Shown here: one piece after another, positions 63,236-64,000 of the stretch | Layout of the letters: every line of letters starts with the position of its first letter | Numbering within the stretch: position 1 is the stretch's first letter | Source: Desulfobaccales bacterium | GTDB lineage: Bacteria > Desulfobacterota > Desulfobaccia > Desulfobaccales > 0-14-0-80-60-11 | Length of the DNA: 64,000 bases | Assembly: GCA_052139855.1 (NCBI GenBank) | Contig: JBKQVS010000115.1 | Coordinates: 14,358-78,357, forward strand | Reading direction: 5' to 3' | Notes under the pieces: model-generated | The model's database searches: none | Told to the model about the DNA's origin: nothing | The model's input: the letters and a program-made list of their open reading frames with translations, nothing else | Program-made: the position numbers and the translations under genes

Positions 63236-63262
63236 TCTTGCGTCTCTTGCGTCTCTTTCGTA
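63236..63262. repeat. Three tandem 9-bp units immediately upstream of a promoter-like element
   Basis: CTCTTGCGT (63236-63244), CTCTTGCGT (63245-63253) and CTCTTTCGT (63254-63262). A weaker fourth copy, TTCTTGCCC, sits just upstream. Confidence 0.6.
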
Positions 63263-63268
63263 AGGGGG

Positions 63269-63297
63269 TTGGGGATTCCGCCGTACTGGGGTATAAT
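63269..63297 (+). promoter_or_regulatory. Candidate sigma70-type promoter for the right-edge radical SAM gene
   Basis: TTGGGG (63269-63274), a 17-nt spacer, then TATAAT (63292-63297), about 70 nt upstream of ATG 63367. Confidence 0.35.
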
Positions 63298-63366
63298 GGC
63301 GGGTAATGCGGGACTCGTCGGGCCCCGTATGCTTCATTATATCAAATATCGAGGCACAAGGTTTTC

Positions 63367-64000
63367 ATGGGTACACGGAGCAGGATCGCGCTGGGAGTAG
63401 TGGTCAAGAATTTCCGGCGCCTGGCGCAACACCCCTGGATCGGCGCCAAACTGGCGACTCTCCAGGGCGAAAAGTGGCTTTTCAATCTGCTGTATCCCCG
63501 GGCCCAGACCGGAGAAGCGCGCAAGATCCGCCAGTTGAGTTTCCGCATCACCGACCTCTGCAATCTGCGCTGCCACACCTGCGGCCAATGGGGCGACCAG
63601 GGATTTTTGCACGGCCAGAATCTGAGGAACTTGAAGCAGAGCGAAGTCCCTCTATACCGTTACCTGGGAATTCTGCGGGATCTCACGGCTCACGGCCACC
63701 ATCCCTTCGTCTACCTCTGGGGTGGCGAACCCATGCTTTACGAGGGCTCTCTCGAGTTGATCGAAGCGGCCAGCGCCTTGAAGCTGCCCACCGCCATCGC
63801 CACCAACGGCACCCGGATCGCCGCGGCGGCCGAGCGTTTGGTGCAGGCTCCGATGTTTCTCTTGCAGCTTTCCATCGACGGCCCCACTGCCGCCCTGCAC
63901 AACCAGGCGCGTCCGGGGGTGGGGGGGGCCGACAACTTCGCGGATATTCAGGCCGCCCTGGCCGCGGTGGGTGAGGCCAAGCGGGCCAGGGGCAGCACCC
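63367..64000 (+). CDS. Radical SAM enzyme (N-terminal 211 codons; runs off the right edge)
   Basis: Not in the ORF track because it has no stop. The frame from ATG 63367 reads MGTRSRIALGVVVKNFRRLAQHPWIG...LSFRITDLCNLRCHTCGQWG (CxxxCxxC) ...VYLWGGEPMLY...IATNGTRI...LLQLSIDGP. The overlapping track ORF 63306-63974 is an Arg/Pro/Gly-rich alternative frame. Confidence 0.8.
   Translation, partial: MGTRSRIALGVVVKNFRRLAQHPWIGAKLATLQGEKWLFNLLYPRAQTGEARKIRQLSFRITDLCNLRCHTCGQWGDQGFLHGQNLRNLKQSEVPLYRYLGILRDLTAHGHHPFVYLWGGEPMLYEGSLELIEAASALKLPTAIATNGTRIAAAAERLVQAPMFLLQLSIDGPTAALHNQARPGVGGADNFADIQAALAAVGEAKRARGST

Noticed and set aside
63306-63974. Track ORF of 222 aa at the right edge.
   Set aside because: It is an Arg/Pro/Gly-rich alternative frame. 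The frame starting at ATG 63367 contains a CxxxCxxC radical SAM motif and GGEP / NG / DG blocks, and is the credible gene.
1-64000. Scan for CRISPR arrays, tRNA (GGTTCGA-type T-loops), rRNA, tmRNA and RNase P consensus blocks, and integrase or restriction/defence genes.
   Set aside because: None were found by eye. The only repeats seen are the IS inverted repeats, the 9-bp iterons and the homopolymer tracts reported above.

Overview
All calls rest on reading the sequence and ORF track by eye and on remembered family motifs; no searches were run. The window is almost entirely one large, compositionally mosaic cell-envelope glycan and lipid locus of a Gram-negative-type, mostly high-GC genome. 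I found no rRNA, tRNA or CRISPR array.

Layout, left to right:
- 1-1933 (-): HAD phosphatase, an Rv3806c-like UbiA phosphoribosyltransferase, and the N-terminus of a DprE1-like FAD oxidase. Together these look like a polyprenyl-phospho-arabinofuranose-type donor pathway.
- 2033-3125: two decayed DegT aminotransferase relics.
- 3173-9221: methyltransferases plus a WbqC / RfbB-like dehydratase / DegT amino-sugar trio.
- 9723-19923 (+): a GT-C-like membrane protein, then a tightly coupled 8-gene operon. The operon encodes a flippase-like membrane protein, an AsnB-like amidotransferase, a methyltransferase, an SDR, an ATP-grasp ligase, a metallophosphoesterase and two radical-SAM/SPASM enzymes.
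- 20916-24438: a 3.5-kb segment bracketed by a 38/39-identical inverted repeat. It holds IS3-type and IS4-like transposase relics, an SGNH hydrolase and a methyltransferase.
- 24837-45899: wzm/wzt ABC exporter (Wzt has a C-terminal extra domain), an acyltransferase-3, about 11 glycosyltransferases, an aminotransferase, methyltransferases, a WcaJ/WbaP-type initiating phosphotransferase, and gmd/fcl.
- 46146-47813: a HAMP-containing class III nucleotide cyclase.
- 48036-56518 (-): a 7-gene operon. It couples a serine-palmitoyltransferase-like alpha-oxoamine synthase and a GNAT-like protein to a MacB/DevCA-type tripartite exporter (FtsX permease, ATPase, TolC, HlyD) and a large GT-C-like membrane protein.
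- 57143-64000: another GT-C-like protein, an O-antigen-ligase-like protein, a Dpm1-like GT2, a deacetylase-like protein, a Zn-dehydrogenase and a third radical SAM gene that runs off the right edge.

The best candidates for undescribed biology are the 8-gene modification operon (11782-19923) and the aminolipid-synthase/exporter operon (48036-56518). Also of interest are the DPA-like donor genes combined with three GT-C-like proteins, and the IS-bracketed decoration cassette.
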